Source: Tubiluchus corallicola (lineage: Eukaryota; Animalia; Priapulida). From it: a stretch of 64,000 nt of DNA. The stretch is from assembly GCA_030141605.1 (NCBI GenBank), contig JAQGDQ010000014.1, forward strand, positions 744,001-808,000, given 5' to 3'. The notes under the pieces were generated by a model, which ran no database searches, was not told where the DNA came from, and saw only the letters and a list, made by a program, of their open reading frames with translations. Shown here one piece after another: positions 22,973 through 36,000 of the stretch; the first letter of the stretch is position 1, and the number at the start of each line of letters is the position of its first letter. The position numbers and the translations under genes are program-made.

Positions 22973-23710
22973 ATCTACAGCATCGAGTTCGCGCTTGATC
23001 GAGATTTCCGTGGTACATTGCCATCATCCTGATTCATGAAATCCCACCTCGGCAATGATGTGGATAAATTCACATTAACTAATCGTTACTATTGAATAGA
23101 TTAATGGCGAAAAGGAAAAATGATTTGCATCGGGATTACGTTCTCATAAAAATAGTCGTTTTCAGTTGATTGGTTCATTTTGATTCTCGTTGCATCAAGT
23201 GAAGAATCGCTACGTCATTAACTGCAATGGTTAGACAGGTGAACTATTCGGCAAACAATGTTTTACCTAAATTTCTTTCATTCACAAGTGATGTTCAATT
23301 GCTGAAAGATCACTTACATGATGAAAATATTTTCAGTATCTTCATTTGGGTTTGAAGTCTTCATTAGTCTTTGCTTTTAATGATCATTACTTTAGGAGCC
23401 GACTTGAAATGCATGGATTTGTAGATCTTATTTAAACACAGATACTTTGGAAACGTAGGCAACTTAGACACAAGATACATAGGCCACTTGAGCACAAGGT
23501 ACGAGGGAAATTCGACGACACGAGAAATATTTAATTGCTTATATTAAAAGGGAAGAACGGGAGTTTTAAAATATATCCAAAAAAATTCCATACAAAATTA
23601 TATGACATAGCATTACACTACCCGTGTGAAAATACTTAATTTAAAATGTTCGTGCCAACGAGCAAAACGTCACTGCTTCGCCATCCCAGTGTGCACCACT
23701 GATTTACCAT

Positions 23711-23742
<32 letters not shown>

Positions 23743-23760
23743 ATATATAGAAAAAAATCG

Positions 23761-23793
23761 TTAATTAAAACTCCCGAGAGTTAATTTAAACTA

Positions 23794-23829
<36 letters not shown>

Positions 23830-23862
23830 TAGTTTAAATTAACTCTCGGGAGTTTAAATTAA
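23761..23862. repeat. Long palindrome centred on (TA)n
   Basis: aaactcccgagagttaatttaaactacca-(ta)n-tggtagtttaaattaactctcgggagttt. Confidence 0.9.
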
Positions 23863-24921
23863 GGATTTTTTTTCTAGCGTTACTGCTGGTGTAAGCTCTT
23901 TATGCAATAAGACAGCACGTAAACGGTACAAAATAAAAATTGTTTAAGTTTTCTTTATGAGGAGTGTTTTTGTCCTTTAATCACTACTATTATAATGACT
24001 TACGTAGTTAGAAAAATCAACATAATATCCGTAAATAACATTGCATGGACACAGCTGTATTTTATGTAAATAACACTTTTCATTCAAACTGATGGAAAAA
24101 ATTTAATGTTCACGATTACCTGATATAACTGCCCTGTTGGTATTAAACATAGAATTGATTTTGTTGAACTGGTTTACTGAGTACTGTCTCGAAAATATTG
24201 AGCTGCACCCACTTTTAATAATGGCAAAAGTAATGGCAAAAGAAATATATATCGTCACCCTCATGAAATATTTGTCTAATTCACTTTTTGACAAGTTTCA
24301 GATTTTTGCTTAAATCTGTTCTTCTCGTTCTGTTGCATGATGTGGAAAGAGTGCCTAAGTGAGATATAATATCTAAATAACCTTGCAGGGCCAATCAAAT
24401 ATTTGCCTAAATTAACTGTATGTGACTTAGGCAGTCTGGTCATATAAAATTCCATTGTCTAAATCCAGCTGTGTGACTTACGTATTTTTAATGGGCATTG
24501 CTATATTGTTTAAATTGACAATGTGACTAATTTATCTGCAAGACCATACCACCCTAGTGCTTTAGTTGTACGTAGCTGCTGCAATCATATTGGCCATTTA
24601 GCAACTTACTCTTATGGCAAGCTGTAAAGATCAAAAAACTTATATAACTCAAGAACCTTTGCTATACTGGAAGAGCCATGCACAAGTGGTAAGTTAAAAA
24701 TTTTCCATCTCACATTAATACTTTTTCATAATTATTTGTACATCCAGGAAATGTTTCTAACGAGAAAGAAGACCCTAATTACGGCAGTAAGAGTTATCAT
24801 TGATATTTACATGAATTAAATAACAGCGATTGGATTAGGTACGTAGAGCAAAAACCTAATTTTTATTCTTCATATCTATATCATTTGTATCAATTAATTA
24901 CACCTAGCCAATACATTTAGC

Positions 24922-26750
24922 TGTGGTATTGCAAAGCACTTAGTATATATTTATTCTCTCTTTAGGAGAAGAGGCTAATTATTTTAATGATTAGCTAAAT
25001 AAAATGAGCAGAACTGCGATGTTTTCGTAGTAAAAGATGTGCTCGATTCAGGCACCAGGCACAGAAGAAAGAAATCAAGTTTATCTTGTAATTTTCTATA
25101 TTTTAGCCACAGTAGACACAACATTGGCGCAGTCGACCAAAAAAGGACTGCATCAGGAAAATAATATAGAAATTTGACTAAGTATGATGTGAAATAGCTG
25201 GCGGCCGACCGTCGATTAAACATCGCAGCATTTCAATACGACACCGACCATTTAGACTACATCGAAGATATAGAAAGGCAATTTCGTTACTTCCGTATTA
25301 TAGAGACCCAGGATAAGAAAGACACCTTAATTATATATGGTGGTGAAGATATAACACGCCTGGAAAAAAGCTTGCCAGGCCCGATACAACCAGAAAATGC
25401 TGCAGACCGTAGAGATGTTTACGAGCAGGTGAAATATAAAAAATATAAATTTCACACCAAGACAAAATAAGCATCATAGTCGTTATGTCTTTCTTAAAAT
25501 GAGGCAAGCAGAAAGCGAATCAATAAATTCTTATGCAGCAAGACTGAGAGAGCAAGCAGCCAAATGTGAGTTTGAGCAAACAGAATCTGACAGAATATTG
25601 GAACACATAATTCAAACTGTCAGAAATGAGAGCTTGGTGCAAAAGGCCATTAGTAAAACATGGACGCTTGAACAATTCTTGGCAGACGCAAACACGATCG
25701 ATGACATACATAACCAAATGAAAGAAATGAGGGAGCCACATACCAGCATTGCTGCTAAAGTTAGTGCACAATTATATAAGTACAAGCAAAATCCTCAGCC
25801 TACAGGGATAATATGTAGCTATTGTGGACTAGAAAATTTACACGAACCAGGGAAAAATTCCCCAGCCTTTGGGAAGACATGTAAAAATGCCACAAAAAGA
25901 ATCACTTTGCCAGTGTTTGCAAAACCGGTCAGCGTAAACCTTCGGCAAGTAGATATAATACACTAGATAATAAGAAACCAAGTGGTAATAGACCCAATAA
26001 TTATGGACTACTCCGAAAGAAACAAAACAGAAAAAGTTTCGTGCGGAAAGCTGATAAAGAACCACTTAGAAATCAGGAAATGTCATCCAGCACAAGCAGC
26101 GATGAAGAGCATTATATAAATAAAGCAAGTGTTAAAATTCGACAAGCAAAACAAACCAGTGACGCAAAGAAGTGTGTTGCTATGCAGATTGAAAATGTGC
26201 AGTTGTACATGGAACCAGATAGTGGTGCTGATGTAAACATAATGGATGAACATCAGTTTAAAACATTCAGGAAGAGAGTGGACAAGCAGATACATTTAAA
26301 GGCTAGTGATATAAAATTGAATACGTTACAACATAAGTTAGAAGTCAAAGGTGAATTTGAAGCCACAATCTGTAATCCAACTTGCAGGGTAAAAGCAAAA
26401 TTTATTGTGATCCATGGTCACATGCAGTCACCACCACTTATATCTAGAAAGACACTCACAGATTTGGGGATGCTGAAAATAGACCCAAAAGGTGAACTGG
26501 CACAACAGAGTGGTCAGTAAAGGAATATGGTTCACAACATTAAAATGGACACGGTTTTGAATCATGATAACCGTAAGAAGATAAAAAAAATATTAACTGA
26601 GCATAGCAGCATATTTGAGGGTGTTGGTACAATCAGAGATAAAATAAACGACAGAGAAATTTTTGCACAATTCCATATGAAGGAAGATCAGAAACGACCT
26701 TCTCCTGATAAGTGGAACAGAATCATTGTAAAGAAAGGCGAAAATCTATA
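24922..26750 (+). mobile_element. Internally deleted, decayed Ty3/Gypsy LTR retrotransposon (5' LTR, PBS, gag, protease, RT start)
   Basis: LTR end caca-aca followed by PBS TGGCGCAGTCG at 25125; gag motif MRQAESESINSYAARLREQAAKCEF; degenerate zinc knuckles CSYCG...PAFGKTC; aspartic protease PDSGADVNI; frameshifts and stops. LTR start is approximate. Confidence 0.88.
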
Positions 26751-27189
26751 AAAATAAAATGGGTCTACTTTCTGCTATAAAGCCAAAAGTCTTGAATTCA
26801 ATACCATAAACGAAGAACAGTGACGCAGTATATTTGACGTATTTTGGTCAATGAGTACATAAACGATCTCCGTGCCTTCAGTATTTTGCTCACACGTCAT
26901 TCCTCAAACGTGTTTTCCCTCTACATGCTACCTGTTTGTTGTGCTTCTTTCTGCCGACCTTATTAGGCTTCCCATAGTATCGTAATAGCGTGCAATATTA
27001 AATACTGGAATGTAAATTCGTTGACAATCACTGCACAATTACTGCGTCGCTGTATCCAGTAATTACAATTACGGACATGCAGTAAATTGATTCGCAATAG
27101 AGAATCACCAAGAGATGGTACAGTTTGGAATATGAATTCCACTATGACTATACACTACTTGTATCTGTTGTTCAACGGAAGGGTTGAGG

Positions 27190-27655
27190 CGAAGCGATGG
27201 TTCCGTGAATGAAGAAGTCCAACTTTTTTATGTTACTGCTTTTATATTACATTGTACTTTATATGACGACTTAAGATTTAACTTATACAAAAAACTGAAA
27301 CAGTTTATACCTACTTTTGCTGTTATGTCTGAACAAGAGAAATTGAATTTTAATGGATCAGAATGAGTTAGATGTTCTTAAAATTATAATCAGGTTTGTG
27401 TATAATGCAACTGAATTACGTAACAGTATTCAATTAAATTCTAATTTAAATGCCTCTAATATGAAAATATTGTACACAGACTGCTAACACACTAATATTT
27501 TTTCAATATTTTAAATATCTGTCATTTAAACTGTTAAATGTACCTAAATTAATGTTTCTTAATTAGAGAAATTGGTTTCTGTGCTGTAGTAATGATCTGT
27601 TTCTTATTTGTCATATTTTTGATGTCATTTGTTTGGTTGGTACAATAAACTCAAT
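27190..27655 (+). mobile_element. 3' end fragment of a non-LTR retrotransposon
   Basis: FILHCTLYDDLR resembles the C-terminal HxxxxCxxYxxxR zinc-binding region of LINEs; followed by an AT-rich UTR and aataaa. Confidence 0.5.
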
Positions 27656-28642
27656 AATAGGCTTTGTACCTCACGAGTTAAAGCAATTTTTTTAAACAAC
27701 TAGACACACTTTGAAGAAAGAATTGGCGACATAAGGAATCTAAAGATTTTCTAAACAAAAAAATTCTCTCCCTTTTCGTCTTTTCCAATGCAGAAGAAAA
27801 TAAGTTATGTATTTTCTTGCTGCCAGATTATTTTCAATATAATTTGGGCGCTTCTCCTTTTAGCCCACTTGTAATCGAATTGTATGTCTCTTTTTTACAG
27901 CCAAATGAATTTTCGTTGACTTTTACAACCAACTAAATAATTAAAACACAGAACTCGAAGGTGAATTGCCTATTATGCATAATCCAAGAGATGTGCTAAC
28001 CACACGCTCTAAAACAGTGTTATCTGCAAAGTCGAAAATAATAATAACAATAATAATATAAGAAAACAAATTACGGGGACAAATAATTTTAATAAATAAA
28101 ACACAGGCCATTCTGTTTCTTTTTTTCAAATTACAAACTGCCCCTTTGAACATAAAGGTCAATGTCAAGCTCACATAGAAGAACATTTTGCAACACCGTT
28201 TAGAACTTAATCAAAACGAAATCCTTTTAAGATAAAACTATAGACTGCCATCACACCTGGCTTTTGCTTTTTATTGTTTTTTATTTGAAAACTAATGTCC
28301 AATGTTCATACAAAATGAAACGAGAATGGCCGATTTTTTATAAACAACTTGTCGAAAAGGCAAAAGAAAGGAAACTAAAGATGGCTAGACAAATCCTGGA
28401 TTTGAGATCAAAAGATCCATGTTTAAATCGGTCAGTCACGACGTTTTCCACATTCCAAAAACATACACAAAATTTCCACGCGTTTGTTTGTTTTGCTTTT
28501 TTGTTTTGCTGTCGCCATTGCTGATATTGTTATTACCGTCAACGTCTTATCCTGGTCGTCGTCTTTGTCGCTTAATCATTGTCGTAAAGTATACAATAAT
28601 TATAATGATAAAGTTGACGAGGGTGACGATTGTAACGATGAC

Positions 28643-28664
28643 ATGATGATGTTGATGATGATGG

Positions 28665-28697
<33 letters not shown>

Positions 28698-28720
28698 CGA
28701 TGATGATGATATAGATGATG
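28643..28720. repeat. (GAT)n microsatellite
   Basis: Direct reading. Confidence 0.9.
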
Positions 28721-29983
28721 AAATTATATAAAATGAGCCGCCTCCAAGGTATAGTACAAAGATTTTGCAGGACATTCCTACTATGTAAACAAAAACCAAG
28801 TACAAACAGTATTAATTTTGTATTAGATTATAAATCTTGTTAAACCACTGTAAAAACCTGAAATAAGTCTTCAATAAATTGATAAACCCATCTTGCATAC
28901 CACCCTTATCAATCAAACAGAAATCCGAAATTTTTTATTCATAAATTGGATAGTTAAGAAATGAGAAGCATAAACCTTTATAAAAACACTTATTTATAAA
29001 TGTATTAGCAGTTCTTTTTGTTATAAGTTAAATCTTGTGTAGAAGCGTTTCCTATTTCTATTTCCATCAAATCCACTTTATGTTAACAGCTGATCACCCA
29101 GAACGCTTGCCTACGCGAACATTCCCTTGAGCTTTCATTAAGTATTTTCATCTCCGTAGTAATAGGTCGTGGTAAACACTTACTAACAAGATAATTAGCT
29201 CCTTAAAACACGTGCACAAGCTGAAATTCCTGTAAGCCAGCCCTAATATATGAGCCTAGTGGCACTTGGGATTTGAAAAGAAAATAAAAGCAAAGGTCCT
29301 CAGGTCCCTAACACCCGCTCTCTTGCGACTGAGACTAATATATCTTGTTGACAAGACGCTTGACTTCGCGTTCCTTTGGGTAATACCACTGCAGTATGTA
29401 AATCGTAAAACACCATTACGGCAATGAAACGTGCATTGCAGAAGAAAATGGCAGGAAGGAACAACTGAATGCAATGTTGCTAGGCTACTTTACCTGAACG
29501 ATTATAGTGAAGCAAGGGGCACTAGGTTAGGTTTTTTTGACAACCACTTAATTTGACCATTGTCCAAAGCACTGAAACATTTAGGTAGCTACGCAAAATA
29601 AAGCATAGACATGTAAACCTGTAAATCAGTCGGTGTGCCTTCAGTATTGCTTCTGATCTTTCTTGGCACAATTTTGGCGAGAATGAATTCGAAGCCATAC
29701 ACGCCTCTAAGCGAGAGAGATAAAGCAAAGAGAGCGCAAAGAAGAGCAATACGAATCTCATGCAAATCGTATTACCAGGTTTACACTATATATAAATACG
29801 GAACCAAACGATTCGTCGCATCAACTAATTTGGGTAAGCCGCCTAGCATCTTTAGTGACTGGGCATCAAGTTATAAAATAACTCTTTTAGCTAGAGCCAT
29901 TGGAACTTCCAGAGTATTTTTCCAGGAAAGTACTTCAACAAATAGTTAAGTTAAAAAAGCTGGAATTGTTCAAGGTCCCCAAG

Positions 29984-30900
29984 CAGGGCCTATTTCAGCC
30001 TAAGCAAGGCCCGGGGAAGTGGGGCGTGTGAGGCCCCTGGGGGGGGGGGGGATTGCGCCACCACCATGGTTGGCGCCCAGAAAATGTTTGAACTGCTAGA
30101 ACGCATTTTCGAAGAGAAAATATGGAGTTATACAGTTGTTAAAGGAAAGAACAATCTTTGCAATATGTAATACCGTATTCTCACTTCCGTACAAGCCATT
30201 TTCTGACTTTTTGTTTCGCAAAGTTATCAATTAACTCGTTAAAATCAAGGCCTCTTGCTACAACCACATTCATTCGAATAATTGAAAGACCGTTTAACCG
30301 ATCCTGGATCATCGTCGAACGATTGTCGGTTTTGATATTTTTAATGCACTGAAAGAGCGTTCACCGGACGAAACGGAAACTGGCATTGATAAGAAAATGC
30401 GAAGTGCGACGACAATATTTGGATAGACTTTGACTACTTTCAGTGCAATAATTCGGTCCAACAATTTTTTGGCGTCGTACAGTATTTAAAATGCTCGATT
30501 CAAAAAGCGCGTTTCAAAATACGATTCAAAAAGCGCGTTTCATCTACAACATTTTTAAACACATGTTTTGAATACTTTTTTTGGAAATTTGTAGCAATGG
30601 TTCTATCGCTCTCTTCAAGAATATGAAATTTCCACAAAAAACCGAACGTCTCACAAATTTGATCTAAAGCTTGAAACCGCCGCGATAGGCCACCTAAAAC
30701 TGAATCTAAAATCACACACTTATTTTGCAACATCGCACAGGCACCGAGCCGCATCAAGGCAAACGGCAAGAGAGAGAGAGAGGGAGAGAGGAGGCAATAT
30801 ATTCGCATAAAGCAAAAAAATGTTACCTCGGCGCGAGGCCCCCCTGGAGGGTGAGGCCCCGGGGAAGTATCCCCACTCCCCCCCCCTGAAATAGGCCCTG
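29984..30900 (-). mobile_element. Internally deleted hAT DNA transposon
   Basis: Perfect 15-bp TIRs cagggcctatttcag/ctgaaataggccctg; near-perfect 8-bp TSD gtcccc(a)ag; minus-strand hATC dimerisation domain YPNIVVALRIFLSMPVSVSSGERSFSALKNIKT...RSTMIQDRLNGLS. Confidence 0.92.
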
Positions 30901-32888
30901 GTCCCCAGTCAAAATATCAGTTACACCAAAGTAAACCACACTAATCCAGGCTTGTCAAGTGATAATTATGGACGGGTCACTGAGGGCCCCAATCTAAAGT
31001 TTTTGACACGAAGAAACCTCAAATGAGCATTTGTATTTGAGCAATTGAGCAAGTGATAAATACGGTTATGCTCGCAAGTGTGAATCAGAAGTCTGAATGC
31101 ATTCAGTCTTATCTTATTGAGTGGTAATCAAACTAGCAGTGCTCCTTTACTCTTATAACTGCAGTGATGAGGCTATGTCGACATTTAGACATTTATCACT
31201 AACAGTAACTTAAATTAATTTCCCTGACAGGCAATACAGCGAATGTTGTTTGTGAGAGGCTGAGGTTACACTCTTGATCATTACAAAAGGAAGCCAGCAG
31301 ATGCGTGGTAACTTTAATTACCTCACTAGGAAGAAGCCGTATTTTCTGAAAACAAGAATTCTACGAAATCTGGGAATCCTGGGAACAATGACACAGTATG
31401 AAACTGGGGTCATTGATAACAACAACCCATCTGCATTCACTTTTTGCTGTGCTGATAATGTTTTTTCTACTAATTTGTTTTGTAATACTGCATCTTGCTT
31501 CCATTCTTTGTGGTCGATTAGCAAGTCGATTAGCTCGGTAATTACGGCGCGTGTTTAACGACAAAAATTAAATCGTACGGGTCTGATTATTAAGAGGAGG
31601 CGGGACCGCCAGGAAATTGTCCACAAAAGCTTCATCAGCTATATAACCTAGTGGGGAAGGGGGAGTCAATGAAACACAGTTAAGATACCATGGCCGTTCA
31701 GCATCTCATGTTAGAGAATTTTCCCTGACGAAGGGTATGTATTCTGGTCTTGCCCCAATATAATTAGATCCTGCTGTTATTACTGTATAAAAAATTCATC
31801 GCCCTCTTACCAAAAAAGCCATTAAAGTTAGCAAGTTACTGCCCTTTCTATCACAAATTAGTATCATAATGAAGTCGCTTATTTTGATGTAATTTTGCCC
31901 TATTGATTAGTTAAAAGCATGTGCAATAACTAGAACTGATAGAGAAAGAATCGAATAAACTTCTCATAACCATACGTGAAATAAGACCTTTATCAACATT
32001 TAAATTTTAACTCGGAAATTACTTAGATTTTAACAATCATCCAAGTCAATTTTTTACGGCAAACGACCAAGTTCACATAGCACGCACATAGCACTTAGCT
32101 AATTAAATTATGACCTGTCACTTAAAAATTGCAAAAACAATGATAGTATTGCCCTTTCGTACTTACTGTGCTTCTCTTGAAACTTATGAACATTTTTTTC
32201 TCAGTTGCCGACATTATGGTAGACCAAGAAATAATATATTTAACAAGCTTAATACTTTATAAATTATGACAATAATGACAACAGAAATTTGCCAGTAAGA
32301 AATATCATACGTTTGTTACTTCGTGCTGTCGAATATTTAAGTCACGTAAATAATTGTAAAATATTTGTTGTGTGCAAAGGTTTATAACAGAATCTAAACG
32401 CTTTAAATAATAATCATTGAGACAACTTAATTTTCATGTATGTATGATAATACTAATCATATAACAACTTACCACTAGCTTTTTTACTTACACAACGTAA
32501 CTAATAATTCTGTAAACATTGTGTTTATACTTGGATAGATTTACTAGCAGTTGTTAAATTTACTAAGCTGGGAGTGCCCGCGTATAAGTTGTTAAAACTT
32601 TCTTATACGAATCGCATAAAAAATTATGTTAAATTAAGTTAACTGGTAGAGCAATTGCGCATGACCAGCAACCATCCCCGAAGGGAGAATACTCTTACAT
32701 TTCCGGTTGAACAATGGCTTAAACAATGAAAAGAACAATTAATACGTCGGACTTTAGCCTAAAGGAAAACAAAAAGGAATTTTAAAATACATTAAAAAAC
32801 TTTCCATACAAGGTTACTGTACTTAGCGTTACGCTTACCTGTTTGAAAGGCTTTTGTATTTAGAAAAGAAAATTCCTGATAATTCCTG

Positions 32889-33030
<142 letters not shown>

Positions 33031-36000
33031 GTCTAATATTATTATTGCAATGTCGGCGAAATGTCATTTATTTTCATTACCACCCCCTACATTTTAATGG
33101 TTCTGTCCATTACGAAACCATTGCATACTGGCATCAATAAGTAGACTGGAATGTAATGGTTCCGTGGCTCAACAAATGCTTTTTGCCATACCACCACCTG
33201 TTCCACTGGAATGGAGAACTGAAGAAGGACAATCTGGCATTTCACTTTTTAAATCTATTATCTGCCTGATTCTAATGAGGAAATTTAACAAAGCCAACAG
33301 AGGCATTACAAAATCAGTACGGTAAAAAAGACAGTTTGAGACAAAACCCCCTTAGATACCTTTTAGTATCTTTAGCATGTTAAATAAACATTTAGGTAAG
33401 AACAACGGCTTAGTAGGACTGGTTAAAGCAAGCTGAAGCGTCAAAACTTACGCAGACGTAATTATCTTCACGATGATTTCATGAAAAAGTTTCAGACTAA
33501 TCATTCCCGGTGTCGCTAGCTCCCATTTTTGTAAATTTATCTCGAGATTACTATGAAAAAGGCTACTATCTAACTTAGTCTTTTGTTTTAAAAACATATT
33601 GGTAGCAAAAACGTAAAGCCAAATGTTGTAACATTAATTTCCTATCTTGCTGTTCCTGTATTTGTATCAGCGGAAGTCTAGAAGTCTGGAATGCGAAACA
33701 TTGGGCTAGTCGCTTTTTGAGATTCTTGCCAAACTGCCTGGATGCCATTTAACGCTAGTTGCCGTTGTCATACAATCCGTTTTTCGTAAATAAGTCATTT
33801 AGAACATAATCTATTGATTTTCGTGAATATTTAAAAAACGCGATAACTTTATTGTGACGTCACATTAATAAAACTGTTAGAAGCTTATTACACAAAGAAC
33901 AAAAACCAGATCGAAAACGGCAACAACATCACGGCGAAACAGAGCTCTTTATGGAGTTTCTACACAAACAAATAACCCAGCTGAAATACATTATTTTTGT
34001 GCGACCCGCATTCGTTTTGTGGTGAAAATGACTCTTCTGTCAATGGCGATAAACAAAATCCATTGTATGAGATACTCTTGCCGATCAAAGTTTTCTGCGA
34101 CAGTTCAATGCATTTTTATTTTGACTAAATTTGCTTGGTGTGTTAGATCGTAAGAGGAGCGACATTTACTAAGCGATTTTGTCATGCGTTTCAAAATAAG
34201 ACACAGGAATGTTGATTTAGATCCTGAAAATATTTTACAAGAGCACTTACTGATGTGACAAAAAGTAACCATAGTCTAAAGCTGTTGTATGTTCGTAAAA
34301 CGAATAAAAAGGGTTTGCGGTTTTTTTCTCCAACTGTGTTGTCCAAGTATGCAATTCCTTACCCAGTTCAGTAAATGATGCACCTTTGGTCACGACAGGC
34401 AATTTTTTAAAAATTCATTGAAGTTTTTCAATTTTGATAAATGGCTTGTGTACGATAGGCGTATGTAAGCTGCTTGCCTGTTTACGTCTCAACCCATATT
34501 TTTATTGTTTTATAATATATTTTTATGTATATTTTAATGAATGTGAAATAAAATAATAATAAATAAAACAACTGTATGATTGCTCCTTAACTTATGTAAC
34601 TAATTGCAAGACACTTGACGCTCTACTACATGCACAGCCAAAATTAAATAAAGCTCTATGCATATGATAACAGAAACGAAGACGGATTGCTGGACCGAGG
34701 ATCATTCAAAGTGTCACTAAATGAATGTAATAATTCGACTTGAGTTTTCAAAAACCTCACAACATTAAAGAACTGGTTGTATGTACGAGTGCAATTGACT
34801 CGCCATAACAATGCTAATTTGCCATCTGTAATCTTTTCAAAATTAACTAAATTTCCTGGGTGAATTCTGCGTAGAACACTAAATTTCCATCTTTTTGTTC
34901 AGGCCGCGTGCATGTCATTAATTTAGGCATCTTTAAATAGATAAAATCGTAACAACCTTCACAGTAATGTAAACGTGAATTTCGAAAAGAGGAATGTCCC
35001 TTCTCTCACAAAAAGGACGAGGAAAACTACTTGCACTTTTGAATAAAATAGATGCATTTTATTGCACATATGAAATTTAAATGGCAATGTTCTTGCAATG
35101 AAAAAAATGTTCTTCAGTTCCTCATGTTCAGGTAATGAGTGTTCTATATCACGCTTAATTTGGGCATGCTTGCGTATATCGTATTCCGATTTTTTTTATA
35201 TTTTTCGGTACACTGCAAACAGGAAAGCAATATAAATGCCGGAAGACTATCAGCAAATCATAAGTGGATTATTTAAAGGGCTTAATACACGGCAGCAAAA
35301 CAAATAAATAAATAAATAAATCTTTTTACAGGCACCACCACAGAAAGTAAAGTGCTGATGAAGATTTGTGACCAAAAATGGAACTTTATCGTATTAACTA
35401 AGGAAACTGGCATTTCCTATAGAAAGTCAAAGACTTCAGCACAAAGTAGTTTGACTCAGAAGATTTGGCGCACACACATAACACGGTAAAAAGATATGAG
35501 ATCAGTGAGACAATAGTCCAAATTATTTTTTCCAGAAGTGTAATGAAATCTTAGAATTTCCAAATACCATTATAAAATAAAGGCAAATGCATAAAAATTA
35601 TTATCATCCGCAAGAAAGTGAATCAATGGTTACAAAAATTAAATGTCCAACGCACGAGGTAAATTTTAGTCAATGCGTTGCTCATTTGGGAAGTCCGTTG
35701 CATTAATTTAAAACGTAATTTAAAATGTGATTTAAAATGCGCTTGACGGCGCTACACAAAGCGAAAGCGTTACTAATAGCAGAAATTGTCGTTATCTGAA
35801 ATTAATTAACTATGTAGTTCTATGTCATTAATGAATGAAACCTTTGCTGTTCGTCACTTAGACGCAGTTGAATAAAACGTTAAAATATTATTAGAAAATG
35901 GTTAAAAGCGGAAAGAAAGAAATTATAATAGGGAAATTCCTCACTTACTACTGAATCAAAAATACTGCGTCCAAGAAAATACAGGACATATTTTTTACCT

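Noticed and set aside
29522-29761. ORF with a signal-peptide-like start (MRFVLLFFALSLLYL)
   Set aside because: The hydrophobicity derives from a CT-rich tract, and I found no convincing downstream exon or motif.
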